In this document: positions 35,957 through 45,073 of the stretch, piece after piece
Numbering within the stretch: the first letter of the stretch is position 1
Layout: each line of letters begins with the position of its first letter
IMG/VR virus record: IMGVR_UViG_3300031857_000150
Reading direction: 5' to 3' (one strand)
DNA: 64,000 nt
Source of the DNA: an uncultured virus (IMG/VR IMGVR_UViG_3300031857_000150)
Lineage: Duplodnaviria; Heunggongvirae; Uroviricota; Caudoviricetes
The notes under the pieces: generated by a model
Seen by the model: only the letters and a program-made list of their open reading frames with translations
What the model was told of the DNA's origin: nothing
The model's database searches: none
Made by a program: the position numbers and the translations under genes

Positions 35957-36829
35957 ATGAAACTCACCAACAAGCATGGCCTACCTGAGACGTTCATCAA
36001 CGTGATCCAGCGGCCTACTTACAGCCGGGGTAACAGTGAGATATCTGTCACCGAAATCCTATCACCACCGCAGCTAGTACTCCTGCGCCGCCGTCATGCC
36101 GAGGACATTGAAGTCGATGCGGCAGACCAAGTCTGGAGTCTGTTCGGCAGCGCAGTCCACAACATCCTGCAACATGGCAAGGATGAGCATCACGTTGTCG
36201 AGGAACGCCTGTTCACCACGTTCGAAGGCTGGAGTATCAGCGGTGCTATCGACCTGCAAACCTTCCAGCCAGATGGGTCGGTCATCATCTCTGACTACAA
36301 AGTCACCTCTGCCTGGGCAGTCCAGCAGCAGAAGACCGAGTGGATAGATCAGTTGAACCTGTACGCATGGCTGATCGAACGGACAAAGGCGCTGCCGGTT
36401 ACTGGCCTACAGATCATCGGCATCGTCCGGGACTGGAGCCGCAGAGAAGCTGCACTCAAGGACACCTACCCGCAGGCACCTATTGTCACCATCGACATCC
36501 CGCTCTGGGATGCAGAGACACGCGAGCAGTTTGTGAAAGACAGATTGCGCCTGCACAACGAGGCTAACTTCTCGGCAGTCAGCGGTGAGATGCCGCAGTG
36601 TACGCCGGAGGAAATGTGGGAGAAGCCCACCACCTACGCCATCATGAAAGCTGGCGGTGTACGTGCGAAGAAAGTTTGCGCCACGCAGGATGAAGCAGCG
36701 GCGCTGATTGCAACCAAGTTCCCCGATCATCAGATTGAGGTCAGAGAAGGCGGCAGGACACGATGCGAATCTTTCTGTCAGGTCGCTCCATTTTGTCAGC
36801 AGTACAAATCCTACAAGGAGGAAGTATGA
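35957..36829 (+). CDS. PD-(D/E)xK (Cas4-like) exonuclease
   Basis: GSAVH, EER, SG.ID, SDYK, QLNLY and C-terminal RC..FC.V..FC. Confidence 0.8.
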   Translation: MKLTNKHGLPETFINVIQRPTYSRGNSEISVTEILSPPQLVLLRRRHAEDIEVDAADQVWSLFGSAVHNILQHGKDEHHVVEERLFTTFEGWSISGAIDLQTFQPDGSVIISDYKVTSAWAVQQQKTEWIDQLNLYAWLIERTKALPVTGLQIIGIVRDWSRREAALKDTYPQAPIVTIDIPLWDAETREQFVKDRLRLHNEANFSAVSGEMPQCTPEEMWEKPTTYAIMKAGGVRAKKVCATQDEAAALIATKFPDHQIEVREGGRTRCESFCQVAPFCQQYKSYKEEV

Positions 36830-36975
36830 AATACCTCATCGCTATCTGGGCGCTGACCGCAGCAGGCATGGTCTGGGCAAGCTGCACATCCCACACCTTT
36901 TGTGACAACCGTGGTCGCTGCTCGTTCTGCACCACATGCTGCTACGGCGGTAACTGCACAACCACTTGCAATTAA
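36826..36975 (+). CDS. secreted Cys-rich peptide (49 aa)
   Basis: GGAGG RBS; signal-like MKYLIAIWALTAAGMVWA followed by a mature part with 8 Cys. Confidence 0.65.
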   Translation: MKYLIAIWALTAAGMVWASCTSHTFCDNRGRCSFCTTCCYGGNCTTTCN

Positions 36976-36989
36976 TTCGGAGAACCATA

Positions 36990-37676
36990 ATGAAAAACAT
37001 CGCCACGGCCTTGGTCAAAGCGCAGCGGGAGTTTGGCCCTGCGCTGAAGACCAGCACCAACCCACACTTCCGCAGCAAGTATGCGGATCTCTCGGCTTGC
37101 GTTGAAGCAGTCATCGACGCGCTCAACAACAACGGCATCTACCTGATGCAGCTCACAGAAGAACACGAAGCTGGTGTGAAGGTCAGCACCACGTTCATCC
37201 ATGAGTCAGGCGAACAGATATCAGGTGGCTCACTGTTCATGCCTGCTAGCAAGCACGACGCACAGGGGTTTGCTAGTGCACTTTCTTACGCCCGCAGATA
37301 CAGCCTGATGGCTGCCTGTGGCATCGCACCGGAGGATGATGATGGAAACTTGGCAACGAAGACTGCGCCGCCGCCAGCGGCTCCTAAAGCTACGCCCAAA
37401 CCTCCTGCCGCGGTGCCAAAGCAGATGTCGGGCAAGGATAGTCAGTGGCAGCTCAAGGTTTCCACGCAACCTGAAACCTCGTTTGAGGACTGGCTTGCAG
37501 TCGTCATCGACGCGACCGTCACAGCGCTCGACATGGCAGAGTCTAAAGATGACGTCATGAACATCTACCGCACGAACGCCAACATCTACAAGCAGATTGA
37601 GATGCAAGATGAGGCAGCTTACAAGGAGCTGGTAGATACCTTCTCCACCTACAAGGGAGCATTCGATGGCAAATAA
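36990..37676 (+). CDS. erf: ERF-family single-strand annealing protein
   Basis: NPHFRSKYADL...HESGE...Q.F.SALSYARRYSL.A..GI..EDDDG. Confidence 0.9.
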   Translation: MKNIATALVKAQREFGPALKTSTNPHFRSKYADLSACVEAVIDALNNNGIYLMQLTEEHEAGVKVSTTFIHESGEQISGGSLFMPASKHDAQGFASALSYARRYSLMAACGIAPEDDDGNLATKTAPPPAAPKATPKPPAAVPKQMSGKDSQWQLKVSTQPETSFEDWLAVVIDATVTALDMAESKDDVMNIYRTNANIYKQIEMQDEAAYKELVDTFSTYKGAFDGK

Positions 37677-37971
37677 ATTTCCCAACACCGGTCGGCTGAA
37701 CTACAGCCAGCGCAAGGTACACCCCAAGTCACCTGACCTGTACGGTGACATCACGTTCGACCGTGCGTTCCTACGCAGCGCGATGGAAGAAGCAGATGGT
37801 GACGAGATCACTATCCGCTTGGACGCATGGCAGAACGATGGTCAGTACGGCACGTTCTTCCAGTTGAAGGTGAACACATGGAAGAAGACCGAGCCTGGAC
37901 TAGCGCAGGCACCAAAGCCGCCAGCACCACCAGCCCCACAACCTGTGGACGACAGTGATATCCCCTTCTGA
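37666..37971 (+). CDS. putative ssDNA-binding protein
   Basis: PD..G.I...LDAW; acidic C-terminal DDSDIPF; follows erf. Confidence 0.6.
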   Translation: MANKFPNTGRLNYSQRKVHPKSPDLYGDITFDRAFLRSAMEEADGDEITIRLDAWQNDGQYGTFFQLKVNTWKKTEPGLAQAPKPPAPPAPQPVDDSDIPF

Positions 37972-37978
37972 GGTAGCC

Positions 37979-38182
37979 ATGGATCATCTGATTGATTACC
38001 TCCGCAGGGAGTACAAGATCCGTACCGACGCTGAGTTGGCAAAGATGTTGGGGACCAAGCCACCGGCCATATCGAAACTGCGGCACGGTGTTTCTGCGTT
38101 GACCCCAGCCCTTATCCTAAAGATCCATGAGGCATTCGATATGCCGGTCAAGGAGATCAAGCGGATTGCACATGGCAAGTAA
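37979..38182 (+). CDS. XRE-type HTH regulator
   Basis: DAELA..LG...PAISKLRHG...LILKIHE. Confidence 0.7.
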   Translation: MDHLIDYLRREYKIRTDAELAKMLGTKPPAISKLRHGVSALTPALILKIHEAFDMPVKEIKRIAHGK

Positions 38183-38489
38183 AAGCCCCACGCAGCGCAG
38201 CCTTGAGTACCTGCGAGAGCAAGGTTATTTCTGCGCGGTAGTGGAGAAGTGGAACAGTTTTACCAAGCAGAGGCAAGACCTGTGGGGCTGGTGCGACATC
38301 CTTGCTATTCGTGAGAACGAAGTGTTAGCCGTTCAAGTCACTAGCACGGGTGTCGCCGAGCGCATCAAGAAGATTGAAGACTCACCCACGGTTGCGTTTG
38401 TTCGTAGCGCCGATATCCGAATCGAAGTACACGGATGGCGCAAGAACAGCAAAGGCCGGTACGTATTGAGAGTGGAGGATATATCGTGA
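38172..38489 (+). CDS. restriction-fold nuclease/resolvase-like protein
   Basis: L...GY....VE...DL.G..DILA.......VQVT. Confidence 0.55.
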   Translation: MASKSPTQRSLEYLREQGYFCAVVEKWNSFTKQRQDLWGWCDILAIRENEVLAVQVTSTGVAERIKKIEDSPTVAFVRSADIRIEVHGWRKNSKGRYVLRVEDIS

Positions 38490-38686
38490 AAGCATTTCCG
38501 AATGTGACTGGCGAGAAAGGGATGGACTTGCGGGATTACTTTGCGGCAAAGGCGATGCAGGGAATGTTAGCGAACAGGGGGGTTATTTACGGCACAAACG
38601 CAGATAAAGATGATTACAACGGAGCAAAACGCGCATACAAAATAGCAGACGCAATGATGAAAGCAAGGGAACAAGATGGAAACTAG
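38486..38686 (+). CDS. conserved small phage protein
   Basis: GM.LRDYFAAKAMQG motif. Confidence 0.65.
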   Translation: MKAFPNVTGEKGMDLRDYFAAKAMQGMLANRGVIYGTNADKDDYNGAKRAYKIADAMMKAREQDGN

Positions 38687-39101
38687 CCACCCACAGTTTG
38701 AGTCCGTCAAGGTAGGGATCAAGCAGGATAACTCCGGCTACATCCTGACGCTGCGTATCCATCCCGATGATCTGGATGAAAGGATCATGCGGGACTTCGT
38801 GGGCGCACGGTACATGACCGTGATGGTCAGACTGAATGAAGAAGAGCGCCCGATGAACCGCGAAGCAGAGCTTGCCAAGGACATGGTGCGTGTGTCCGGG
38901 ATGCTCTGCCGTGACCCAGACTTCTGGACATTCTTGCAGGAGTCCGGGCAGATTATTGAGAAGTCAGATAAGGAAGCGACAACATGGTTAAAGACATACC
39001 TGAAGGTGGAAAGCCGCGCCGACATTGGAAAAAGTCAGCAGGCGGTGGAGAAGATGCTGTCAATAAAGCAGGAGTTCAACGCATGGAAAAATCGCGGCTG
39101 A
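38676..39101 (+). CDS. hypothetical protein
   Basis: Coupled ORF; LCRDPDFW...ESRADI. Confidence 0.6.
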   Translation: METSHPQFESVKVGIKQDNSGYILTLRIHPDDLDERIMRDFVGARYMTVMVRLNEEERPMNREAELAKDMVRVSGMLCRDPDFWTFLQESGQIIEKSDKEATTWLKTYLKVESRADIGKSQQAVEKMLSIKQEFNAWKNRG

Positions 39102-39364
39102 TCCCGTACTCGGTCTACCTCGATGCTGACATCCACGAAGCACTGAAGGATCGTGCGCGTAACCGTGGTGCCAGCAAGATGGTGCGCGACGCCATCACGA
39201 TGATCTTGGAAGGCAGCGATCAGTTCTCATCTGGCTACAAGCAAGGGGTGCGGGACGCGATGGACATCATCCACAAAGATGCGCTGGCTGCCACGGTGTC
39301 TGTTAATGATAAGAAGATTGGCGACCACCTGATCGACCAGGTAGAGGGACTGCTGAATGACTAG
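39083..39364 (+). CDS. ribbon-helix-helix-like protein
   Basis: YSVYL...HEALK..A.....SKMVRDAI. Confidence 0.5.
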   Translation: MEKSRLIPYSVYLDADIHEALKDRARNRGASKMVRDAITMILEGSDQFSSGYKQGVRDAMDIIHKDALAATVSVNDKKIGDHLIDQVEGLLND

Positions 39365-39590
39365 GGATGACATTGCGAGATGGGCGCAGGAAGCCGCCAT
39401 CATGCCGCCTGATTGGGGTGCTACCGAGAACCAGTGGCGCAGTCTGGAAGCCTTTGCCAACCTAGTCGCAGCAGCGGAGCGCGAGGCGTGTGCGAAGGTG
39501 TGCGAAAACGAAATTGAAAAGGCAAAGCCTGTGTACTCTGTTACGGCAGAGAATGCATTGAAAGCTATCCGCGCAAGGGGGCAAGGATGA
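39357..39590 (+). CDS. EREACA-family small protein
   Basis: FANLVAAAEREACAKVCE...AIRARG. Confidence 0.65.
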   Translation: MTRDDIARWAQEAAIMPPDWGATENQWRSLEAFANLVAAAEREACAKVCENEIEKAKPVYSVTAENALKAIRARGQG

Positions 39591-40351
39591 TTGACGGTAA
39601 GCCCACCATCATGATCGGCACCCCTGCCTACGGCGGTGCCATGTTCATGGAGTACGTGGATAGTCTGGTGCGTAACATCGGATTCCTTGAGAGCAAGGGC
39701 ATCAAGACCCGCTGGCAGTTCATGAACAAAGAGGCACTGATTACTCGCGCCCGCAACGAGATCGCCCGCTACTTCCTTGATGAAACGCGGGATGACTATC
39801 TCATGTTCATTGATGCCGATATCTGGTTCCCGACCGACGGCATCTACAAGTTACTCCAGCACGAGAAGGAAATGGTGTGCGGGATCTACCCCAAGAAGTT
39901 CATGTTCTGGAACCGCATCCGTGACGCCGCGCTGCGGGGCGAGAAGGATATTGAGAAGTTCGGCTGCTCGTATGTACTGAATGCGGTGGACGACCGTGGC
40001 GATCCCGACGCTGTGCCGCTGAATGATGACGGGCTGGTGGAAGTTCTGCACGGCGGCACCGGCTTCATGCTGATCCACCGCAACGTGTTCAAGGAACTGC
40101 GATTCAAAGTACCAACGTACCGCACCAGCCTGATCCAGGATAACGGCCAGTTCTTGGCACCGCTGACCCGCGAGTTTTTCGGCACCAGCATTACCGAGCT
40201 TGGCCTGCTGTTGTCAGAGGATTACCACTTCTGCGAACTCTGGAAAAAAGAGGGCGGTAGAATTTACGCTGATCCCACAATTGAGTTACGTCACGTAGGC
40301 CAACATGTCTACGCGGGTGATCTCATGCGGGCAGGAAGAAACAATACGTAA
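39587..40351 (+). CDS. GT-A fold glycosyltransferase-like protein
   Basis: TPAYGG, LI.RARN, MFIDADI, GIYPKK, GTGFM and SEDYHFC. Confidence 0.7.
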   Translation: MIDGKPTIMIGTPAYGGAMFMEYVDSLVRNIGFLESKGIKTRWQFMNKEALITRARNEIARYFLDETRDDYLMFIDADIWFPTDGIYKLLQHEKEMVCGIYPKKFMFWNRIRDAALRGEKDIEKFGCSYVLNAVDDRGDPDAVPLNDDGLVEVLHGGTGFMLIHRNVFKELRFKVPTYRTSLIQDNGQFLAPLTREFFGTSITELGLLLSEDYHFCELWKKEGGRIYADPTIELRHVGQHVYAGDLMRAGRNNT

Positions 40352-40361
40352 GGAGAAACAA

Positions 40362-40601
40362 ATGTTACGAGATGGACAGTTCATCAAAGAGCCGCCGCCA
40401 AAGATCGGCAGCCACTACGTACCCAAGTACTACCAGACCGTTCTCGAAGGCCAGCCGATAGAAGGCGAGAGCCGGTGGGAAATGTTCTACCGCAAGAACA
40501 TCTCGCCGTTCGATGTCGGCGCGATCATGATCCTGATGTACGTGGTTATCGCAGTGGTAGTTGCTGTCTTGCGTGAGTTGTTTCACCTGCTGTTTGGATG
40601 A
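40362..40601 (+). CDS. small membrane protein
   Basis: AAGGAG RBS; C-terminal TM segment. Confidence 0.55.
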   Translation: MLRDGQFIKEPPPKIGSHYVPKYYQTVLEGQPIEGESRWEMFYRKNISPFDVGAIMILMYVVIAVVVAVLRELFHLLFG

Positions 40602-40798
40602 CCCGCAAACTATTCGAGATGGCTAACCGAGCGGCGGAAGATGAGGGACTGGTCTACGCCCCGGACTCTGCGGCGATGTCTTGGATGCGCAAGTTCTCCA
40701 AGATGATCGCCGTGGCAGAGCGCGAGCGGTGCGCCCGGCTATGTGAAGAAGCAGGGCAGCACGACATGGCAGCAGTTATCAGAAGGGGAGAGGAATGA
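40598..40798 (+). CDS. ERERCA-family small protein
   Basis: FSKMIAVAERERCARLCE. Confidence 0.55.
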   Translation: MTRKLFEMANRAAEDEGLVYAPDSAAMSWMRKFSKMIAVAERERCARLCEEAGQHDMAAVIRRGEE

Positions 40799-41055
40799 AC
40801 AGAGATGACATTATCCGCATGGCGAAGGAGGCGGAGGCGTGGAGTTTGGTAGACCATGACGGCATCGCCGCGCTTGAACGCTTTGCCAACCTAGTCGCAG
40901 CAGAGGAGCGCGAGGCGTGTGCGAAGGTGTGTGAGGCTGAAGGTGAACGAGTCGATGCGTCTTGGGTAAGTTGCGCGTTCGCCATCCGCGAGAGAGGTGC
41001 GCCAGCATTGGAACGCCTAAACAAAGCCGCTGAAGATAACGGGGAGCCGCTATGA
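40795..41055 (+). CDS. EREACA-family small protein
   Basis: MNRDDI...FANLVAAEEREACAKVCE. Confidence 0.65.
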   Translation: MNRDDIIRMAKEAEAWSLVDHDGIAALERFANLVAAEEREACAKVCEAEGERVDASWVSCAFAIRERGAPALERLNKAAEDNGEPL

Positions 41056-41258
41056 CTAAAGAAGAAGCATGGCTTATGTGGATGAACGAATCCAAGCACT
41101 ACATTGAGTACGACTGGGACACGATCAAGAAGTCCTCGTACTGGCAAGCGTTTTCCCGTGGTTGGGATGCGGCATCTGTCAACGTTAACGGATGGGACGA
41201 TGCCTACAAGATGGGCATGGAGGCAGGCAAAGAAATGGAGAAGAGCCATGCAGTATAA
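41052..41258 (+). CDS. hypothetical protein
   Basis: Coupled ORF; AF..GWDA motif. Confidence 0.55.
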   Translation: MTKEEAWLMWMNESKHYIEYDWDTIKKSSYWQAFSRGWDAASVNVNGWDDAYKMGMEAGKEMEKSHAV

Positions 41259-41418
41259 AAAGGAACTCATACGCGAGCTGCGCGATGTAGCAGTCCTATT
41301 CCATGCTAGTCAGGAGCTACCGTACAAGCTGTTGGAAGTGCTTGATAAACACCTGCCCCATATTGGCGACGTGTGCTGTGAACGCGGGTGCATTGAGTAT
41401 CAGGAGAAGAATCCTTGA
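41248..41418 (+). CDS. hypothetical protein
   Basis: MQYKKELIREL...; coupled ORF. Confidence 0.45.
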   Translation: MQYKKELIRELRDVAVLFHASQELPYKLLEVLDKHLPHIGDVCCERGCIEYQEKNP

Positions 41419-42356
41419 AGGTCGCTGTCCATAACCACTACGAGTTCATCACCCGCGACGGCTTCCTGTTCAAGAACGAGAACAGCAACGTCGGTCACAA
41501 CCTGCTACGCCCGTGGGTAGAGCTGTACAAACTGTGCCAGTCCACCGGCATCGAGATGTACACGCTTGACCAGGTTGATCCGGCAGAGCTGGACTTCGTG
41601 ATCTACATGGATCGCCCGCAGGTAGAGCCAGAGATCGGCAACGCCAAGAAGGCACTGATCCTGTACGAACCAGAGCTTGTCCTGCCGCAGAACTGGGATG
41701 CTGCCTATCACGATCAGTTCATGAAGGTGTTGACGTGGGATGACAAGCTGGTCGGGCGCGGCAACTACGAGAAGCATAACTTCACCGTGGACTGGAGCAG
41801 CCGCACGCAGCCCATCATCGACTGGAACAAACGCAAGCTGCTGTGCATGATCCAGACGGCCAAGAACTACGACCATCCGAACAGCCTGTACCTAAAGCGG
41901 ATAGAAGCCATCCTCTGGTTCCAGCAGAACGCCATGTGGGAGTTCGACCTGTACGGCAGAGGCTGGGACATCCGGCACTTCTTCTGCGCCAAGGGCACGA
42001 CAGATAACAAGATCGATCTCTACAGCAATTACAAGTTTGCCCTGACGTTCGAGAACTGTGACAACGCCACGGGCTACATCAGCGAGAAGATGCTGGACGC
42101 CTTCTTGGCAGGCATCGTGCCTATCTACTGGGGCGCACCCAACGTCCACGATCACATCCCGCGTGAGTGCTTTATCGACGCGACGGACTTCGGCAACTGG
42201 GAAGAACTGTACGGCTACCTGCGCGGCGTGACGTACGAGCGGTACTGCGAGTATCAGCAGTGCATCGACGAATGGATCCGGTCAGAGAAGGCCATCCCAT
42301 TTAGCAACGACCACGAGATCAAACAGTTGTACAAGTTGATTGAGGAGGCGAGATGA
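41415..42356 (+). CDS. GT10 (alpha-1,3-fucosyltransferase-like) glycosyltransferase
   Basis: DLYG.GW...YKFALTFEN....GYISEK..DA..AG.VPIYWGA. Confidence 0.85.
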   Translation: MKVAVHNHYEFITRDGFLFKNENSNVGHNLLRPWVELYKLCQSTGIEMYTLDQVDPAELDFVIYMDRPQVEPEIGNAKKALILYEPELVLPQNWDAAYHDQFMKVLTWDDKLVGRGNYEKHNFTVDWSSRTQPIIDWNKRKLLCMIQTAKNYDHPNSLYLKRIEAILWFQQNAMWEFDLYGRGWDIRHFFCAKGTTDNKIDLYSNYKFALTFENCDNATGYISEKMLDAFLAGIVPIYWGAPNVHDHIPRECFIDATDFGNWEELYGYLRGVTYERYCEYQQCIDEWIRSEKAIPFSNDHEIKQLYKLIEEAR

Positions 42357-43066
42357 ACATCGCTGTAGTCACCAGCACACGAGGTCGCCCGACTATCCGG
42401 CAGGCTATAGACAGCGTGAAGGCGCAAACACGGGGAGCCAGACACTATGTCTTCGCACACGGTAAAGATTGTTGGGACGCTGTATCGGCAAATACAGAAG
42501 GCAGTGACGTTGATGTTGTTTATCTTCCAGTTGCCAACGGGGGTGGGGGTTATGCTATGGCTCCTGTTTACGCTGCTGCTCCTTACTTGGTCGGTGAAGA
42601 CCTGATTTTCTACCTCGATGACGATAACCTCTACGACCCTGACCATATCGAATCCATCACCACACTAATAGAGCAGCATGATCTGGGCTGGGCGTACAGC
42701 CTGCGCAAGATCGTAGACAACGACGGCAACTGGATCTGTGATGACAACTGCGAATCACTAGGCTGTTACCCGAACTCGCACCAGCAATACTTGGTGGACA
42801 ACTCCTGCTATGCGGTGAAGACGGAATATGCCCGCAAGCACAGCCACGCTTGGTATGTACCCGTCGTATCAGACCGTTCGTTTCAAGCGGCGCTGATGCG
42901 GGACAAGATCAAGTGCGGCACTACCGGCAGACACAGTGTCAGCTACCGACTGTCAGCAGATGGCAGCGGCGGCATGACCAAAGAGAAATTCCTCGGCAAC
43001 AACGAGTGGATGGCACAGCATCGTCCAGGCTTTGAGTGGACAAAAAAACAGATCTTTAACTTCTAG
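42353..43066 (+). CDS. GT2-family glycosyltransferase
   Basis: AI.SV.AQT...IFYLDDDN.Y.P.H. Confidence 0.75.
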   Translation: MNIAVVTSTRGRPTIRQAIDSVKAQTRGARHYVFAHGKDCWDAVSANTEGSDVDVVYLPVANGGGGYAMAPVYAAAPYLVGEDLIFYLDDDNLYDPDHIESITTLIEQHDLGWAYSLRKIVDNDGNWICDDNCESLGCYPNSHQQYLVDNSCYAVKTEYARKHSHAWYVPVVSDRSFQAALMRDKIKCGTTGRHSVSYRLSADGSGGMTKEKFLGNNEWMAQHRPGFEWTKKQIFNF

Positions 43067-43075
43067 GAGAGCAAT

Positions 43076-43840
43076 GTGGCAAAACTATATATCGCGTCGC
43101 CCATGTACGGTGGACTTTGCTATGGCTATTACGCGCAGTCATTGATGACCTTGCAGAACAACCTGCGGGACAATCGCGTGGACATGGCTTGCAGCTTTCT
43201 GTTCAACGAGTCCCTGATCCAACGCGCACGTAACGCGCTTGTCCACGGGTTCCTGAAGACGGATTACACCCACATGATGTTCATTGATGCTGATATCCAC
43301 TTCAACCCGCAGGACGTTCTCCCGATGCTGCTGGCTGACAAGCCGATCATCTGCGGCATCTACCCGAAAAAAGAAATCAACTGGAATCAAGTCCACGCTG
43401 CTGCTGTCGCAGGCGTACCGCCGCACGAACTCCGCAAGTACAGCGGCTCCTTCGTGGTCAACCTAGTTAACTACCAGAACGAACAGCGCGTAGAACTGGA
43501 CAAGCCAGTAGAGATTTGGAACGGCGGCACGGGCTTCATGATGATCAAGCGCGAAGTGTTCGAGCAGCTCAAAGATCATGTGCCCACCTACATCAATGAC
43601 ACCAATGATCTGAGCGGTGCGATGGGCAACGACCGTGTGCATGAGTTCTTCGCCACCAGCATCGAGCCGATTGGCGAACGCCTGCTGTCCGAGGACTATC
43701 ACTTCTGCAAGATCTGGCGCGACAAGTGCGGCGGCACCGTGTGGGCAGCACCGTGGGCACAGCTCGGCCATATCGGCACCCATAAGTTTGACGGCGTTCT
43801 GACAGAGAAGCCTCAACCACCACAACCACAAGAGGTATAA
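43076..43840 (+). CDS. GT-A fold glycosyltransferase-like protein, paralog of 39587-40351
   Basis: SPMYGG, RARN, MFIDADI, GIYPKK, GGTGFM and LLSEDYHFC. Confidence 0.7.
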   Translation: MAKLYIASPMYGGLCYGYYAQSLMTLQNNLRDNRVDMACSFLFNESLIQRARNALVHGFLKTDYTHMMFIDADIHFNPQDVLPMLLADKPIICGIYPKKEINWNQVHAAAVAGVPPHELRKYSGSFVVNLVNYQNEQRVELDKPVEIWNGGTGFMMIKREVFEQLKDHVPTYINDTNDLSGAMGNDRVHEFFATSIEPIGERLLSEDYHFCKIWRDKCGGTVWAAPWAQLGHIGTHKFDGVLTEKPQPPQPQEV

Positions 43841-45073
43841 ATGTTCATACCCGGCAAGACTTACATCCCTGCCTCCGGGCAGGTGGTGGGCGACCGCGAG
43901 AAGGAGTTGATGCACGAAGCCGTTGACCGTGGGTGGTTGACGGCAGGTGCGTTCAACCGGCAACTGGAAGAGGGGCTGACCAAGTTCCTCGGCTGCAAGG
44001 CGGTACGCACCACCAGCTCTGGTAGCTCTGCCAACCTGCTGGCCTTCTCCGCGCTTACCAGCCCGTCGCTAGGCAAGCGTGCGGTACAGAAGGGCGATGA
44101 AGTCATCAGCGTCGCCTGCGGCTTCCCTACCACCATAGCGCCGATAGTTCAGTTCGGTGCCGTGCCGGTGTTCTTGGATGTCAACAGCACCCTGAACATC
44201 GACACGCGCAGGCTGGAGGACGCCATCACCAGCAAGACCAAAGCCATCATGATCGCGCACACGCTGGGCAATCCGTTCAACATAGACGCCATCATGGAGA
44301 TCGCTGACCGCTATCAACTGTGGGTCATTGAGGATACCTGTGACGCGCTCGGCTCCCGCTGGCGTGGCCGCAACGTCGGCACGTTCGGTGATCTGGCTAC
44401 CCTGTCTTTCTTCCCGGCGCATCACATCACGACGGGCGAAGGCGGGGCAGTCATCATCAACAACACCAAGCTGTCCCGACTGGTGGAGTCCTTCCGCGAC
44501 TGGGGCAGGGACTGCTGGTGTGAGCCTGGACAGAACAACACCTGCAAGCGCCGGTTCGATCAGCAGTTCGGCGAGCTGCCGCACGGCTATGATCACAAGT
44601 ACGTGTACACCCATCTGGGCTACAACCTGCGTATCACCGAGATGCAGGCCGCCTGTGGCGTGGCACAGCTTGAGAAGCTGTACAAGTTCATCTCCGCCCG
44701 TCGGTCGAACTACGGCTTCCTGCGGGAGCGGCTGGATACTTACGAACAGTTCTGGCTGCCGACGGTTTACCCAGACGCTACCCCAAGCTGGTTCGGGTTC
44801 CCGATCACCATCAGCCCGACAGCCAAGTTCAGCCGGGACAAACTGACACGGTATCTGGAAGACCACGCTATCGGCTGCCGCCTGCTGTTTGCTGGCAACG
44901 CAATCAAGCAGCCGTTCATGAAGGGTCAGAACTACCGTGTGCACGGACCGCTGGAGAACACGGACTACGTGATGAACAACACGTTCTGGCTAGGCGTACA
45001 ACCGGCGCTGACAGAGGAGATGCTGACCTACGTCTGCGACACCATCGACGCTTTCATGAAGGAAAACGGATGA
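43841..45073 (+). CDS. rfbH: CDP-4-keto-6-deoxyglucose 3-dehydratase (RfbH/DdhC, E1)
   Basis: PG..YIP.SG; SGSSANL; SFFPAHHITTGEGG (His at the aminotransferase Lys position); GRDCWC.PG..NTC Fe-S motif; GYDHKY. Confidence 0.9.
   Translation: MFIPGKTYIPASGQVVGDREKELMHEAVDRGWLTAGAFNRQLEEGLTKFLGCKAVRTTSSGSSANLLAFSALTSPSLGKRAVQKGDEVISVACGFPTTIAPIVQFGAVPVFLDVNSTLNIDTRRLEDAITSKTKAIMIAHTLGNPFNIDAIMEIADRYQLWVIEDTCDALGSRWRGRNVGTFGDLATLSFFPAHHITTGEGGAVIINNTKLSRLVESFRDWGRDCWCEPGQNNTCKRRFDQQFGELPHGYDHKYVYTHLGYNLRITEMQAACGVAQLEKLYKFISARRSNYGFLRERLDTYEQFWLPTVYPDATPSWFGFPITISPTAKFSRDKLTRYLEDHAIGCRLLFAGNAIKQPFMKGQNYRVHGPLENTDYVMNNTFWLGVQPALTEEMLTYVCDTIDAFMKENG

Larger units (their letters stand above)
39452..40931 (+). 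repeat. 51-bp direct repeat pair (39452-39502 and 40881-40931, one mismatch)
   Basis: CTTTGCCAACCTAGTCGCAGCAG(C/A)GGAGCGCGAGGCGTGTGCGAAGGTGTG. Confidence 0.9.

Noticed and set aside
35957..36829. Cas4 as evidence of CRISPR-Cas
   Set aside because: A solo PD-(D/E)xK nuclease next to ERF and SSB fits a phage recombination module.
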